Positions 1-9,434 of a stretch of 64,000 nt of DNA are shown piece after piece; the stretch's first letter is position 1; each line of letters opens with the position of its first letter. Under the pieces are notes generated by a model. It ran no database searches. It had not been told where the DNA came from and was given only the letters and a program-made list of their open reading frames with translations. Source of the stretch: Chloroflexia bacterium (GTDB lineage: Bacteria; Chloroflexota; Chloroflexia; QHBQ01; JADMIH01); NCBI GenBank assembly GCA_036388595.1, contig DASVRN010000100.1, forward strand, positions 11,524 through 75,523, written 5' to 3'. A program made the position numbers and the translations under genes.

Positions 1-477
1 GCGCAGCACTTTGGCCGCTTCTTCCAGGTCGAAGGGCACGTGCATCATGCGGGCCACGTTGTTGGCGCTCCCCAGCGGAAGGATGCCCAGGGTGATCTTG
101 CGGCCTATGAGGGCGGTTGCTACTTCGCCTACCGTGCCGTCGCCCCCGCAGGCTATCACGATGTCGTACTTCTCTTTGAGCGCCTGTTGAGCCAGTTCGG
201 TGGCGTGGTTGGCGTACTCGGTTTCGAGGAAGTCAGCCTGGATGCCGTTGGCTTCGAGCACGCGGCGCACGTCGTCAACACCTGCCGCGTTGGTGGTGAT
301 GCCGCCCTTCTTGCCCGCGGCGGGGTTGATTATGACCGCCACTTTGGTGCCCGGCGGGATGTTATCGTGGACCTCTTCGGGCGCGTAGGCTTCCTGTCCC
401 TCCAGGAGCGGTGTGATACCGTCAATGGGGCTTTCCTGCTGCGTCTCGTCTTCTTGCTGCTTCACCAGTTGAACCAT
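1..477 (-). CDS. YegS/BmrU-family lipid (diacylglycerol) kinase, C-terminally truncated by window edge
   Basis: Minus-strand translation from the ATG at 477 gives MVQLVKQQ...KVAVIINPAAGKKGG...IVIACGGDGTVGEV...GILPLGSAN. The GGDGT and GxLPxGSxN motifs are the DAGK_cat signature. The reading frame runs off the window start. The track's plus ORF 40..558 is its antisense shadow. Confidence 0.75.
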   Translation of the reverse strand, partial: MVQLVKQQEDETQQESPIDGITPLLEGQEAYAPEEVHDNIPPGTKVAVIINPAAGKKGGITTNAAGVDDVRRVLEANGIQADFLETEYANHATELAQQALKEKYDIVIACGGDGTVGEVATALIGRKITLGILPLGSANNVARMMHVPFDLEEAAKVLR

Positions 478-671
478 GCTTGCTTCCTTTTCCCATGCGT
501 GAGTAAATGCAAAGTATTGCAAGCGACTGTAATGCAAAAGGCGGGCCAAGCCTTCTGAGTGGGCTGGAAACTACCTGTTATACTACACCAGCAGCAGGCC
601 GGGGCACGCATCGCACCGGCGCATTCTTTATCCATGCACCCACCGGGCAAGCTATTTAGACAGGAGGCAAT

Positions 672-887
672 ATGGGCTGGGACGAACGGGAAGACACTAC
701 GATCTACAAAGTGGTTGTGAATCCTGATGAGCAGTATTCCATCTGGCCCGCCGACCGGGAGAACGCATTCGGCTGGCGTGAGGCAGGCAAGCAAGGCACT
801 AAGAAAGAATGTCTCGCCTATATTGATGAGGTTTGGCCGGAGGGGCGGCGTCCCAGTGGGCGCAAGCAAACGGAGGGAGAGCAGTAA
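672..887 (+). CDS. MbtH-like protein (71 aa)
   Basis: Translation [61 protein letters not shown] matches the MbtH signature (NPxxQYSxWP ... GW ... CLxYI ... W). AGGAGG lies 6 nt upstream of the ATG. Confidence 0.85.
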   Translation: MGWDEREDTTIYKVVVNPDEQYSIWPADRENAFGWREAGKQGTKKECLAYIDEVWPEGRRPSGRKQTEGEQ

Positions 888-988
888 TTTAGCCAGGTGG
901 ACAGGGGAGGAACGGGGAAGCCCTGTGATTTCCATCAAGGCTTCCCCGTAGCTTGGCGATGTGGCAGGTATGAGGTTAGCGGCGTGTT

Positions 989-2521
989 TCAGTCCAGCCG
1001 CCTCATGTGGGGGAAGAGGATCACGTCGCGTATGGAATACTTGTCGGTGAGCACCATCGCCAGGCGGTCGATGCCCACCCCCATGCCGCCGGTGGGAGGC
1101 ATGCCTACCATGAGGGCGGTCACGTAGTCGAGGTCCATCTGGTGGGCCTCTTCGTCGCCGCCGCGCCCGGCCTCCACCTGCTCGCGGAAGCGGTCGTACT
1201 GCTCTAGGGGATCGTTTAGCTCGCTGAAGGCGTTGGCGATCTCGAAGGTGGACACGAACGCCTCGAACCGCTCGACCGCAGCAGGGTCGCCGGGCTTGCG
1301 CTTGGCTAGGGGCGACACTTCTAAGGGGTAGTCGAGCAGAAACGAGGGCTGCACCAACAAAGGCTCAATGAAGTGGCCCTGTAGCTCGTCCAGCACCTTC
1401 GCGCGGCTGGCCCCGGTCTCGACGTCCACGCCCTTGCTCTGGGCGAGCGCTACCAGTGCCTGCGTGTCGGGATAATCGGCTATGTCGATGCCCGATTGTT
1501 CGCGTAAAGTGGCGCGCCAATCGACGCGGGGCCACGGCGGGGTGAAATCTAGGGGCTGGCCCTGGTATTCGATCTGATAGCTGCCGTGGACCGACATCAC
1601 CATGCCGGAAATCATCTCCTCCAGCAAGGACATCATGGTGTTGTAGTCGGCATAGGCCTGGTATAGCTCCAGCATCGTAAATTCGGGATTGTGCTTGATG
1701 TCAACGCCCTCGTTGCGGAAGTCGTGCCCTATCTCATACACGCGCTCGAAGCCGCCCACTATGAGGCGCTTGAGGTAAAGCTCGTCCGCGATGCGCAAGT
1801 AAAGGTCCTGGTCCAACGCGTTGTGATGGGTCACGAACGGGCGGGCGGCGGCACCTCCATACAGCGGCTGCAATACGGGCGTCTCCACTTCGAGGAAGCC
1901 GCGAGAGTCGAGGTAGCTGCGGATGTAGGTAACCATACGGGAGCGCACGCGGAAAGTCTCGCGCACCTCTTCATTGGCTACGAGGTCGAGGTACCGCTGG
2001 CGGTAGCGGGTCTCGGTATCGGTGAGGCCATGCCACTTGTCGGGGAGAGGTTGCAGCGCCTTGGAGAGCAGGTGGTAACGTAGGACGTGCAGGGTCGGCT
2101 CGCCCGTACGTGTGCGGAACATAAAGCCCTCGGCCTGCACGAAGTCGCCCAGGTCGAGCATGGAGTTGACCGCCTCGTAGTCCCACGGCTTCTCCTGCAA
2201 GTCGTTGATGCGGAAGAAGAGTTGCAGACGGCCCGACTCGTCCTCTATGTGCGCGAAGGTGACCTTGCCGCCCGGCCTACGCAGCCTCATACGCCCCACC
2301 ACAGTGACTACCGGGTTGGTGCGCTCCTCACCCTCGGCAGGCTGATTGCCCGCGTTGGCCGCCTCCCACCCCTCGAAGGCGGCGAGGGCTTGAATGGCGG
2401 TGTGGGTGCGGTGGGCGCGGGGCGGGTAGGGTTCTAGGCCCTGCGCGCGTAGCTCCTCCAGCTTGGCAAGGCGCACTCGCTCCTGCTCGCCCATGTTCAG
2501 TTCTTCGCCGTAGTCTCTCAT
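989..2521 (-). CDS. lysS: lysine--tRNA ligase (class II)
   Basis: 510-aa ORF with class-II motifs (FRNEGVDIKHNPEFTMLELYQAYADY, GGMGVGIDRLAM) and an N-terminal OB-fold anticodon-binding region. Confidence 0.95.
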   Translation of the reverse strand: MRDYGEELNMGEQERVRLAKLEELRAQGLEPYPPRAHRTHTAIQALAAFEGWEAANAGNQPAEGEERTNPVVTVVGRMRLRRPGGKVTFAHIEDESGRLQLFFRINDLQEKPWDYEAVNSMLDLGDFVQAEGFMFRTRTGEPTLHVLRYHLLSKALQPLPDKWHGLTDTETRYRQRYLDLVANEEVRETFRVRSRMVTYIRSYLDSRGFLEVETPVLQPLYGGAAARPFVTHHNALDQDLYLRIADELYLKRLIVGGFERVYEIGHDFRNEGVDIKHNPEFTMLELYQAYADYNTMMSLLEEMISGMVMSVHGSYQIEYQGQPLDFTPPWPRVDWRATLREQSGIDIADYPDTQALVALAQSKGVDVETGASRAKVLDELQGHFIEPLLVQPSFLLDYPLEVSPLAKRKPGDPAAVERFEAFVSTFEIANAFSELNDPLEQYDRFREQVEAGRGGDEEAHQMDLDYVTALMVGMPPTGGMGVGIDRLAMVLTDKYSIRDVILFPHMRRLD

Positions 2522-2557
2522 CTGGCTATTACCTCTCGTGTATTGCGGTGCATTTTA

Positions 2558-2591
2558 AGGGAAAACAAAAGAGCCGGGCAAGGCCGGCTCT
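2558..2591 (-). terminator. intrinsic terminator downstream of greA
   Basis: Perfect hairpin agagccgg-gcaa-ccggctct at 2570-2591. On the minus strand it is followed by TTTTGTTTTCC (complement of 2560-2570). It lies directly after the greA stop at 2620. Confidence 0.55.
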
Positions 2592-2619
2592 CCTGACTTT
2601 CGTGTCGGGCACCGGCGGG

Positions 2620-3087
2620 TTATTCTACTTTCAAGATGGCGAATTCTTCAATGCCGCCGGGGGTGTTGGCGCGTACCTTGTCGCCTTTCTTGCGGCCCAT
2701 GAGCGACTGGCCGACCGGCGACTCGTTCGAGATGCGGCCCTGGCGCGGGTTGGCCTCCGCCGAACCGACTATCATCCACTCGTAAGTGTCGCCCTCGGAG
2801 TCTTTGACGGTGACACGAGAGCCGAGGCCGACCATGTCCTTGGGCGCGCTTTCGATTAGCTGGGCGTGCTGCAAGATGTGATCGAGGGTGCGTATGCGGC
2901 CCTCGATGAAGGCCTGCTCGTTCTTGGCGTCTTCGTACTCGCCGCTCTCGCTGACGTCACCATCAAGCTTGGCCTGCTGTATTCGGTATGCCACCTCGGG
3001 GCGGCGCACTTCGATCAAGTTGTGTAGCTCTTCTTCGAGCTTGGCTTTCCCCTCGGCAGTGAGGTGGACCGGCTTATCCATGACCAT
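2620..3087 (-). CDS. greA: transcription elongation factor GreA
   Basis: MVMDKPVHLTAEGKAKLEEELHNL...GRISNESPVGQSLMGRKKGDKV. Start chosen at Met15 of the track ORF (ATG at 3087), which is preceded by GAGAGG on the minus strand. Confidence 0.9.
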   Translation of the reverse strand: MVMDKPVHLTAEGKAKLEEELHNLIEVRRPEVAYRIQQAKLDGDVSESGEYEDAKNEQAFIEGRIRTLDHILQHAQLIESAPKDMVGLGSRVTVKDSEGDTYEWMIVGSAEANPRQGRISNESPVGQSLMGRKKGDKVRANTPGGIEEFAILKVE

Positions 3088-3357
3088 GTTAGTACCTCTC
3101 TTGTTGTACCCGCCCGATGCTGCGAACATTAAGTAAAGAAAAAACTGAGAGGACGGGCGCTCTCAGCTCGGGTGCCTCTTTCGAGGTTGCACGTATTATA
3201 CGAAGAAGGATACAAATGTGCAAGAGTTTCCACAAACCCATTAGTACTACCATAAATAGACCAATAAGGTTTAATAGGTGGACAAGCGGCAGTAGCTTCA
3301 CGCACATGCTCTATTGGCTAGGTGGAGGCCACCTATACGGACCGGCAGGACTCTACT

Positions 3358-3512
3358 CCCCTCTGTCATCCTGAGCGTAGCGAAGGATCTCAAATGTTAC
3401 TCTTGCTCGTGCCCTAGACCTTCAGCACACGGAGCGTTGTTGCTCATTGTTCAGCAGCATCCATATACCACCTTCTTGAGATCCTTCGCTACGCTCAGGA
3501 TGACAGGGGGGA
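3358..3512. repeat. MITE-like palindromic element, copy 1 (arms gtcatcctgagcgtagcgaaggatc)
   Basis: Left arm cccctctgtcatcctgagcgtagcgaaggatctc and right arm gagatccttcgctacgctcaggatgacagggggg are exact reverse complements around a ~90-bp core. Confidence 0.75.
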
Positions 3513-3553
3513 GTGTGGTCGCTGGCTCTTCAGCAGAACGGATTGCGGGGCGT

Positions 3554-4608
3554 TCACTTGTCCTGGGGCGTGAACTGGCGAATGGTGGCCTCAAAGTCGC
3601 GGGCGCTGATTTTCGTGGCAGACATTATGCGCTTGCGGGTGGGGAGGACGCGGGGCCACGTGAACAGGCCGACGAGGATGCCACGTAAGCGAGCGCGGGC
3701 GGCGGCACCACGGATGTTGCGTATCGCCTCTGTCGCGAATCGGAGCTGGGCCTTCACGATGCCCGGCATGTGGCGCAGGACGAAACCCAAGGGGAGGTCT
3801 TTGGCGAGGAGATAGATGAGGTTGCGGCCAACGTAGTAGGAGGCGAGGGTGCCGCCGCCGGTGGCGCTGAGACGATGCCGGGCGCGGGCGGTGGGTACGT
3901 ACACGGTGCGGTAGCCACGCAGGCGGGCGCGCAGGTTGAGGTCCACGTCCTCGGCGTACATCCATAGCTGGGGGTCGAGCACTCTGCCCTTTGGCTCGGT
4001 GCCGCCGGAGCGGGCGAGGTCGGCCAGCATAGTGCGCCTGTAGGCGGCGGCTGCTGCTGTGGGGCCGAACACCTCCTCTTCAGTGTCGTACTGGCCGGTG
4101 TCGGGCTGCCACACCCCCCTGCTGTTGGGCACGCCGTCGAAGCCGTAGTAGTCGCCCGCAGAGTGGAGGGTGTCGGGGCGGTCGTAGAGCACCAGCTTGC
4201 TAGCGGCTAGGGAGGCCCACGGGTTGCGGTCGAGGCCGCCGATTAGCTCAGCCAGCCAGGCGGGGTCGGGCGCCGCGTCGTTGTTCAACAGGACCAGTAT
4301 CTCACCACGTGCCTTTGCCAACCCCAGGTTGCAGGCCGCCACGAAGCCATGACCTTTCTTGCCGGGTATGCGCAGGGTGACTACGTCGGGCGTGCGCGAC
4401 AGCAACTTCTCGGTGCCGTCCGTGGAGGCGTCGTCCACCACAATTGTCTCGAAGTCGCGGTAAGTCTGCCTGCCGAGCGCTTCCAGGCATTCGGCCAGCA
4501 TATCAGCGCCGTTGTGCGTGGGGATGATTACGGAGACACGGTGAGGGTTAGAACGCCCTTCCAGACCTATAGCACCGGCGTTGTAGACCTGCCCTGACGC
4601 GCTCACAG
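3554..4608 (-). CDS. family 2 glycosyltransferase
   Basis: VSVIIPTHNGADMLAECLEALGRQTYRDFETIVVDDASTDGT is the GT2 N-terminal signature. No in-frame ATG precedes the domain, so a GTG start at 4608 is proposed. It overlaps the rmlD stop as GTGA. The long Arg/Pro-rich N-terminal extension of track ORF 3554..4828 is rejected. Confidence 0.7.
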
Positions 4609-5466
4609 GGGAGTTCCGACGTGCGGGGCCGTTGACAGGTAATCGGCCAGGGCTTCTTGCCAGGGGCGCAGTACAATGCCTGCGTCTGCCCCCACTACAT
4701 TCCTGAGGGTGGAGTAGTGGGCGGTGGGGGCGGGACGCTTGTAGTCGGCCAGGGCGGCGGGGGTCATGGGGATGTGCTCGCGGCCCGTGAGGCTCATTAT
4801 CTCGCTGGCGTAATCGAAGCGGGAGCACTCGCCCTCGTTGACTAGGTGGTACCAGCCATAGAGGCCGGTGCCGGAGAGTTGAAATAGAGCTGCGGCGAGG
4901 TCTTCAGCGTAAGTGGGGGTAGAGACTTCGTCGGCTACCACGCTGAGCGCCCCGTTCTTGTCAGCGGCGCGCACGATCTTGTGTATGAAGCTGTCGCCTT
5001 CCTTGCCGTAGAGCCAGGACACGCGGGCGATGTAGAAGCGGGTCATGAGCTGCTCTACGTAAATCTCACCGGCGCGCTTGCTGGTGGCATATGATCCTAC
5101 CGGGCAGGGCGGCTCAAGCTCCGTGAAGGGTGTGCTGCGCGACTGGTCGAAGAAGACCATGTTGGTGCTAACGTAAATAAGGGGTGCATCCACCTGATTG
5201 CAAGCAAGAGCCAGGTTGCGAGTACCCAGGCCGTTCACCTTGAAGGCCACGTCCGGCTCGCTCTCGGCCCCATCGACGTTGGTGTACGCGGCCGGGTGTA
5301 TCACCAGGTCCGGCTGGAACTCGCGCACGGCCGGGATGATGGATGCCGGGCCGGTGATGTCAAGTTCCGGGCGGTTGAGATGCAGGACCTCATGACCGGC
5401 GGCCTCGGCGTAGCGGACTAACGCCTGCCCTAGCGTGCCTCTCGTGCCGCTTATCGCTACCCTCAC
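4603..5466 (-). CDS. rmlD: dTDP-4-dehydrorhamnose reductase
   Basis: 287 aa, MRVAISGTRGTLGQAL...YVSTNMVFFD...YATSKRAGE. This is an NAD(P)-binding RmlD/RfbD-type fold with the YxxxK motif. Confidence 0.85.
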   Translation of the reverse strand: MRVAISGTRGTLGQALVRYAEAAGHEVLHLNRPELDITGPASIIPAVREFQPDLVIHPAAYTNVDGAESEPDVAFKVNGLGTRNLALACNQVDAPLIYVSTNMVFFDQSRSTPFTELEPPCPVGSYATSKRAGEIYVEQLMTRFYIARVSWLYGKEGDSFIHKIVRAADKNGALSVVADEVSTPTYAEDLAAALFQLSGTGLYGWYHLVNEGECSRFDYASEIMSLTGREHIPMTPAALADYKRPAPTAHYSTLRNVVGADAGIVLRPWQEALADYLSTAPHVGTPL

Positions 5467-5469
5467 GCC

Positions 5470-6390
5470 TTACGCCCCCCACCACAGGCCGATAGCCAGC
5501 GCCAGCACCGAGAGGGGCATCGCGGCCGACCAGACCATGCCTGCGGCCCCGCGCTCGCTCCTACCCAGCCACAAGCGTTCGGGTACAAGGCGCATGGCGA
5601 CGTAAGCAAACAGGGCCCCACCAAGCAGCACGAGCACGGCCCAGGGGAACGCACCGGGCACCGGCAGCACCAGCAGCGTCCACAATACCGACATAGCGAC
5701 CTGTTGGAACAGGCCGCCCGCGTAGAAGCCCGCGCTCTCCCCTCGCAAATCGGCTTCACGGCCGCGCCACCAGGGGAGGGAGATAAGGAGCACGCCTCCC
5801 GCCAGCAGCCGGACGAGTGTTTGCGCGGCGGTCTCAGGGGCCGCGCCCAACTCCGACAGCCGTAACGAGCGATTGCCCAGCACCTCTACCAGCGCGGCGA
5901 CTACCAGGAGTGCGGGCAGCAGGCCGGTTAGCAGCCTACCTAGCTCCTGAGCGCCCTTAAGCGCGACAAGCCCGCCCTGACGCAGCCTGGCAGCAGCAGA
6001 GGCCAGGGGCTGCACGCAGATGAGGGCAAGTACCGTGACGATGTCGGTGGTTAGAGCCTGCGAGCCACCCGTGAGGGGATTGCCGGGCAGGGGCATCAGC
6101 ACCAGGGCCAATAGCGGCCCAAGCACAGCCAGCAGGCCCAGGGCGTTCGTGGAGCCGGAGGTTGGGGTGGTCCCACCATCGCGCCCGGCCAGTTTGAGGA
6201 TGTCGTAGGCGGGTTGGAAGAAGCTATAGCGCGGTATGGTTAAACGTGTGCGCTGCCTGCGGAGGAACGGACGCACCACGGAGATTAGCCACTCGCCGGA
6301 GATGGCGAAGAGCAGCCCGAACAGCAGCCCTGGATAGAGCAGCAGGGCGAGCAGCCATTGTTGTAAAGTTGTGAACACCTCTGGCGGCAA
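5470..6390 (-). CDS. solitary complex-I subunit 1 (NuoH/HycD)-like polytopic membrane protein
   Basis: 306 aa, about 8 predicted TM helices. The segment RRQRTRLTIPRYSFFQPAYDILKLAGRD resembles the NuoH/HyfC loop motif (GP...QPxADxxKLxxKE). No other complex-I or hydrogenase subunits are nearby. Confidence 0.45.
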   Translation of the reverse strand: MPPEVFTTLQQWLLALLLYPGLLFGLLFAISGEWLISVVRPFLRRQRTRLTIPRYSFFQPAYDILKLAGRDGGTTPTSGSTNALGLLAVLGPLLALVLMPLPGNPLTGGSQALTTDIVTVLALICVQPLASAAARLRQGGLVALKGAQELGRLLTGLLPALLVVAALVEVLGNRSLRLSELGAAPETAAQTLVRLLAGGVLLISLPWWRGREADLRGESAGFYAGGLFQQVAMSVLWTLLVLPVPGAFPWAVLVLLGGALFAYVAMRLVPERLWLGRSERGAAGMVWSAAMPLSVLALAIGLWWGA

Positions 6391-6495
6391 ACGGCGTACC
6401 CCTCTCTACAAGCAGGGAGTCTATCACATGGGGGTGAGGGTGGCAAGGTGGGTCGGGAGCCACTCACAGTTGTAACAAAGTCGATTAGTGAAGCT

Positions 6496-6545
6496 AACGA
6501 TGGCTCTTGTCATTCTGAACGCAGTGAAGAATCAGGCGGGTAGGG
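6496..6545. repeat. solo left arm of MITE-like element (ttctgaacg variant)
   Basis: cttgtcattctgaacgcagtgaagaatcaggcgggtagggatgctgttgaac. An arm plus partial core sits immediately upstream of the full copy. Confidence 0.55.
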
Positions 6546-6574
6546 ATGCTGTTGAACCATTGGGACCAACTCCA

Positions 6575-6712
6575 CCTTTGTCATTCTGAACGCAGTGAAG
6601 AATCTCGTCCTACAGCACCCAAGTTGCCCCTTTCTTTCACCCACTATCTCCATCAGAAAGGTGAAGCATCCCGGTGGAGGACGAGATTCTTCGCTGCGCT
6701 CAGAATGACAGG
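6575..6712. repeat. MITE-like palindromic element, copy 2 (arm variant gtcattctgaacgcagtgaagaatc)
   Basis: cctttgtcattctgaacgcagtgaagaatctcgtcc ... ggacgagattcttcgctgcgctcagaatgacaggg. Both arms carry the same variant. Confidence 0.75.
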
Positions 6713-6756
6713 GTCCAATAGGGTGCTGCCCTCCGGCTTTGACACGGTTCCGGCCC

Positions 6757-7773
6757 TTAGTCGCCCTTCGTGGTGAGGTACTCTTGCAGGGCGTCGGCGT
6801 AGGCCTCCGCGATTGTTTGCCGGACCTCGTCCCGGTTGAGGTACTCGGCTTCCTGGGGCGAGGTTACGTAGAAGGCTTCTATCAGCACGCCGGGCATCTT
6901 GACGGCACGAGGGTGGCGGGGCATCTCTGCCGGGCCAAGCATGAAGAGATGTCCAGGTGGCTCGCCGGGAGAGTCTGACCAGAAATCGCTGCGCAGCTCC
7001 GATTTCTCTATTGTGTACCCCGCTTCCTCAAGCCTTGCCCACAGGTGATCGAGCACCAGACGACCCACTCGTTTGTTCTGCTGTGGGAAGAGGCAGTCGT
7101 CTGTGGCGCAATAGAGGGCCTGCAATCCCTTACGTTTCGCGGGATTAGAGGCGCTGTTGGCGTGGATGCTAAGAAAGACCTCCGCGCCGAACTCGTTCAT
7201 GATGTCGATGCGGTGCTGCAAGTCGTCGCTTTGGCCTTGCTCTACGCCGTCGCCGTTCGCGTCGTCAGGCCACGGAACGGTGAACTCATCACGCGTTTCC
7301 CTGGTCAGTCCGACCTCGGCACCGCGAGCTACCAGGATGTCGCGCAGACGCAGGGAGATGTCAAGGTTGAGTTCGTGCTCAGCCAGGATTAGCTTGCCGG
7401 TATCCTCGTTGACAAGCACCGCGCCCATATCCTCACGCGGGCCGTGTCCCGGGTCCAGGGCGATGCGCCTGCCCAGCAGGGGCTTCCCGGCGTCCGTCGT
7501 GGGGCTGGGAGGAGGGGTAAGGGTAGCTATAGAAGTAGTCGCAGGCGTGGATGGTGTGGCGGGAGAAGCCGGTGTTAGCGCAACAGGCGGAGTCTCAGCC
7601 TGCGCAAATTCTACAGTCGCTGTGACCGAGACGCCAGCCACCCCGGGAGTGAGCGATGGGGAATTGGCCTCAAATAAGCAGCCCGACAAGAGTGCGGCCA
7701 GCAGAAGCAGACAGATGTACGAAAGCAGGCGCGCGAGTGTGTGTTGAGTGGTCGTGTGGTTGGCGTTAGTCAT
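6757..7773 (-). CDS. N-acetylmuramoyl-L-alanine amidase (Amidase_3) lipoprotein
   Basis: Lipoprotein signal (LLLAALLSGC), a Pro/Thr-rich linker, then RIALDPGHGP...NLDISLRLRDIL...VFLSIHANS (MurNAc-LAA catalytic domain). Confidence 0.85.
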   Translation of the reverse strand: MTNANHTTTQHTLARLLSYICLLLLAALLSGCLFEANSPSLTPGVAGVSVTATVEFAQAETPPVALTPASPATPSTPATTSIATLTPPPSPTTDAGKPLLGRRIALDPGHGPREDMGAVLVNEDTGKLILAEHELNLDISLRLRDILVARGAEVGLTRETRDEFTVPWPDDANGDGVEQGQSDDLQHRIDIMNEFGAEVFLSIHANSASNPAKRKGLQALYCATDDCLFPQQNKRVGRLVLDHLWARLEEAGYTIEKSELRSDFWSDSPGEPPGHLFMLGPAEMPRHPRAVKMPGVLIEAFYVTSPQEAEYLNRDEVRQTIAEAYADALQEYLTTKGD

Positions 7774-8048
7774 GATTGAGGTCGTATTGCGGCGAGATGG
7801 ACGGCACCAACCAACACCCTTGATGATGGCTGAAACCTGCTGTGGAGTTGCGCTCCAGGCGCGCGACTCTCAAGGTGATAGCCGGGTCAAGGGGAACGGT
7901 GCCTTAGAGACTGAGGTCGGGGAATAGGAACGGGATAGTATAGCCGAGGTAGTATAACACAGCCTGCCGAATAGGGCCGTGCTGGTGTATCACCCTGCTG
8001 GACGTGTTTGGTTGAACACGGTTCAAGTAAGAAATTTGGAGCCAAACT

Positions 8049-8195
8049 CCCCTTTGTCATTCTGAACGCAGTGAAGAATCTCGTCCTCCATGCACGTGTT
8101 CCCCTTTTCCATTGGGGAAGTGCTCAGCAAAGAAAGGTGTAACTTGGGTGGTGAGGGACGAGATTCTTCACTGCGTTCAGAATGACAAAATGGGG
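8049..8195. repeat. MITE-like palindromic element, copy 3 (ttctgaacg variant)
   Basis: cccctttgtcattctgaacgcagtgaagaatctcgtcctcc ... ggacgagattcttcactgcgttcagaatgacaaaatgggg. Confidence 0.75.
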
Positions 8196-8249
8196 AGTGG
8201 TCCTTCCAATCGGACGCGCTGTGCGTTCGCTCTAAAGCATGGCTGGACG

Positions 8250-9182
8250 CTAGCGGAGGCGGGGAAGCACTTTGTTGATGAAACGTTCCAGGTTGTCGGT
8301 GCGGGGGTAGTCCATGAAGCGGACCATGAAGTGGTCGGCACCGGCATCGCGGAACGACTCTAGCTCGCGGGTCACTTCGTCCGGGTTGCCCGCTACGATG
8401 TGCAGGTGGTCCCAGCGGGTGGCCTGGGAGGAGTCTTCCTCCACGCTGACCCAGGTGACTTGCCCGTGCACGATGTCCTGGGGGTCGCGGCCTACGTCGG
8501 CGCAGTGCCGGGCCAGCACCGAGACCTTGTGGGCGAACACGTCCACCGGAGCGACGTCGGCGCACCACCAGTCGCCGTACTCAGCTACGAGCTTGAGCAG
8601 TTTCTTCTCGCCCATGCCGCCTATGCAGAGTGGTATCCACTCGTCAGGGCGGGGGGAGCTATAGGCGTTGTCGATGCGGTAGTGCTTGCCGTGGAAGGTG
8701 GCGGGGCTGTCGTTCCACAGCGCCTTGATGATCTTAATCGCCTCTTCGGTCTGTTCTACACGCTCGTCTGGAGGTGCGAACCTGTAACCGAATTCGTGGT
8801 GCTCGCCCGGATTGTTGCCCGCGCCTATACCCAGGATGAATTTGCCCTCGGTGAGCAGGAACATGTTGGTCGCCATCTTGGAGAGGAGCGCGGGGTTGCG
8901 GAATGCCTGTCCGCACACCATCGTGCCGTAGGTGAGGCCGGCATGCCGCCCCGCCAGCCAGGCCATATTGGTGAAGCATTCGAGGTGGGCCTTCTCTCCC
9001 CAGCCCATGTGGTCCTCCACCCAGATGGTGTCGAATCCACCCTCCCGCGCGATCTCGATGTGCTGCTCGTTGGCCTCAATCATCTGGCGAGCGAGGCTGA
9101 TATCTCGGGAGTCCACTCCCTCAGGCGTATTGATGAAAGCCGGATGCATAATCCAGCCGAAGGTCGGGTTGTCGTTAGCCAA
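8250..9182 (-). CDS. LLM-class (luciferase-like) flavin/F420-dependent oxidoreductase
   Basis: 310 aa, luciferase-like TIM-barrel pattern (IWVEDHMGWGE..., ...ILGIGAGNNPGEHHEFGY..., ...HFMVRFMD). Confidence 0.8.
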   Translation of the reverse strand: MANDNPTFGWIMHPAFINTPEGVDSRDISLARQMIEANEQHIEIAREGGFDTIWVEDHMGWGEKAHLECFTNMAWLAGRHAGLTYGTMVCGQAFRNPALLSKMATNMFLLTEGKFILGIGAGNNPGEHHEFGYRFAPPDERVEQTEEAIKIIKALWNDSPATFHGKHYRIDNAYSSPRPDEWIPLCIGGMGEKKLLKLVAEYGDWWCADVAPVDVFAHKVSVLARHCADVGRDPQDIVHGQVTWVSVEEDSSQATRWDHLHIVAGNPDEVTRELESFRDAGADHFMVRFMDYPRTDNLERFINKVLPRLR

Positions 9183-9247
9183 GATAATTCCTCCTAAAAT
9201 ATCGGTACGAACCTCTACAGCAGCAAGCGGGGTGCCAAGAGAGTAAT

Positions 9248-9412
9248 GAGGACTGAGGACTGAGGACTGAGGACTGAGTGTTTACTTGCGAGCTCCTCAG
9301 CCTCATCGCTAGAATTGCCTTGCATCTGATGGGAGTGTGGTGCATAATAGCGAAACGGCGTGTGAGGCTGTGAATGGCCGAGCTACTCAGTCCTCAGTCC
9401 TCAGTCCTCATC
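9248..9412. repeat. heptamer-arm hairpin element: (GAGGACT)n ... (CAGTCCT)n
   Basis: gaggactgaggactgaggactgag at 9248-9277 and its complement tcagtcctcagtcctcagtcctca at 9385-9412, about 105 bp apart. It sits in the divergent LLM/MTase intergenic region. Confidence 0.8.
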
Positions 9413-9434
9413 ACTGGTCAGAAAGGCCGGCTCG

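Noticed and set aside
40-558. Plus-strand ORF (172 aa) at the window start
   Set aside because: It is the antisense shadow of a minus-strand YegS-type lipid kinase, which translates with clear GGDGT and GxLPxGSAN motifs. The ORF has Gly/Val/Ala-rich composition typical of high-GC noncoding frames.
3554-4828. Long Arg/Pro-rich N-terminal extension of the GT2 ORF, with nested ORFs 3591..3965 and 3770..3967
   Set aside because: The extension overlaps rmlD by over 200 nt and has no ATG before the catalytic domain. A GTG at 4608 with a GTGA stop/start overlap gives a normal-length GT2. The nested ORFs are high-GC shadows.
5463-5759. 98-aa Cys/Arg-rich minus ORF and ORFs 6224..6467
   Set aside because: They overlap the NuoH-like membrane protein in other frames. 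The Cys/Arg-rich low-complexity products are typical GC-driven artefacts.
8400-9197. 265-aa plus-strand ORF antisense to the LLM oxidoreductase, plus ORF 9533..10048 inside the Dam-like MTase
   Set aside because: No domain signal and Arg/Gly/Ala/Pro-rich products. The opposite or overlapping frames carry clear enzyme motifs.
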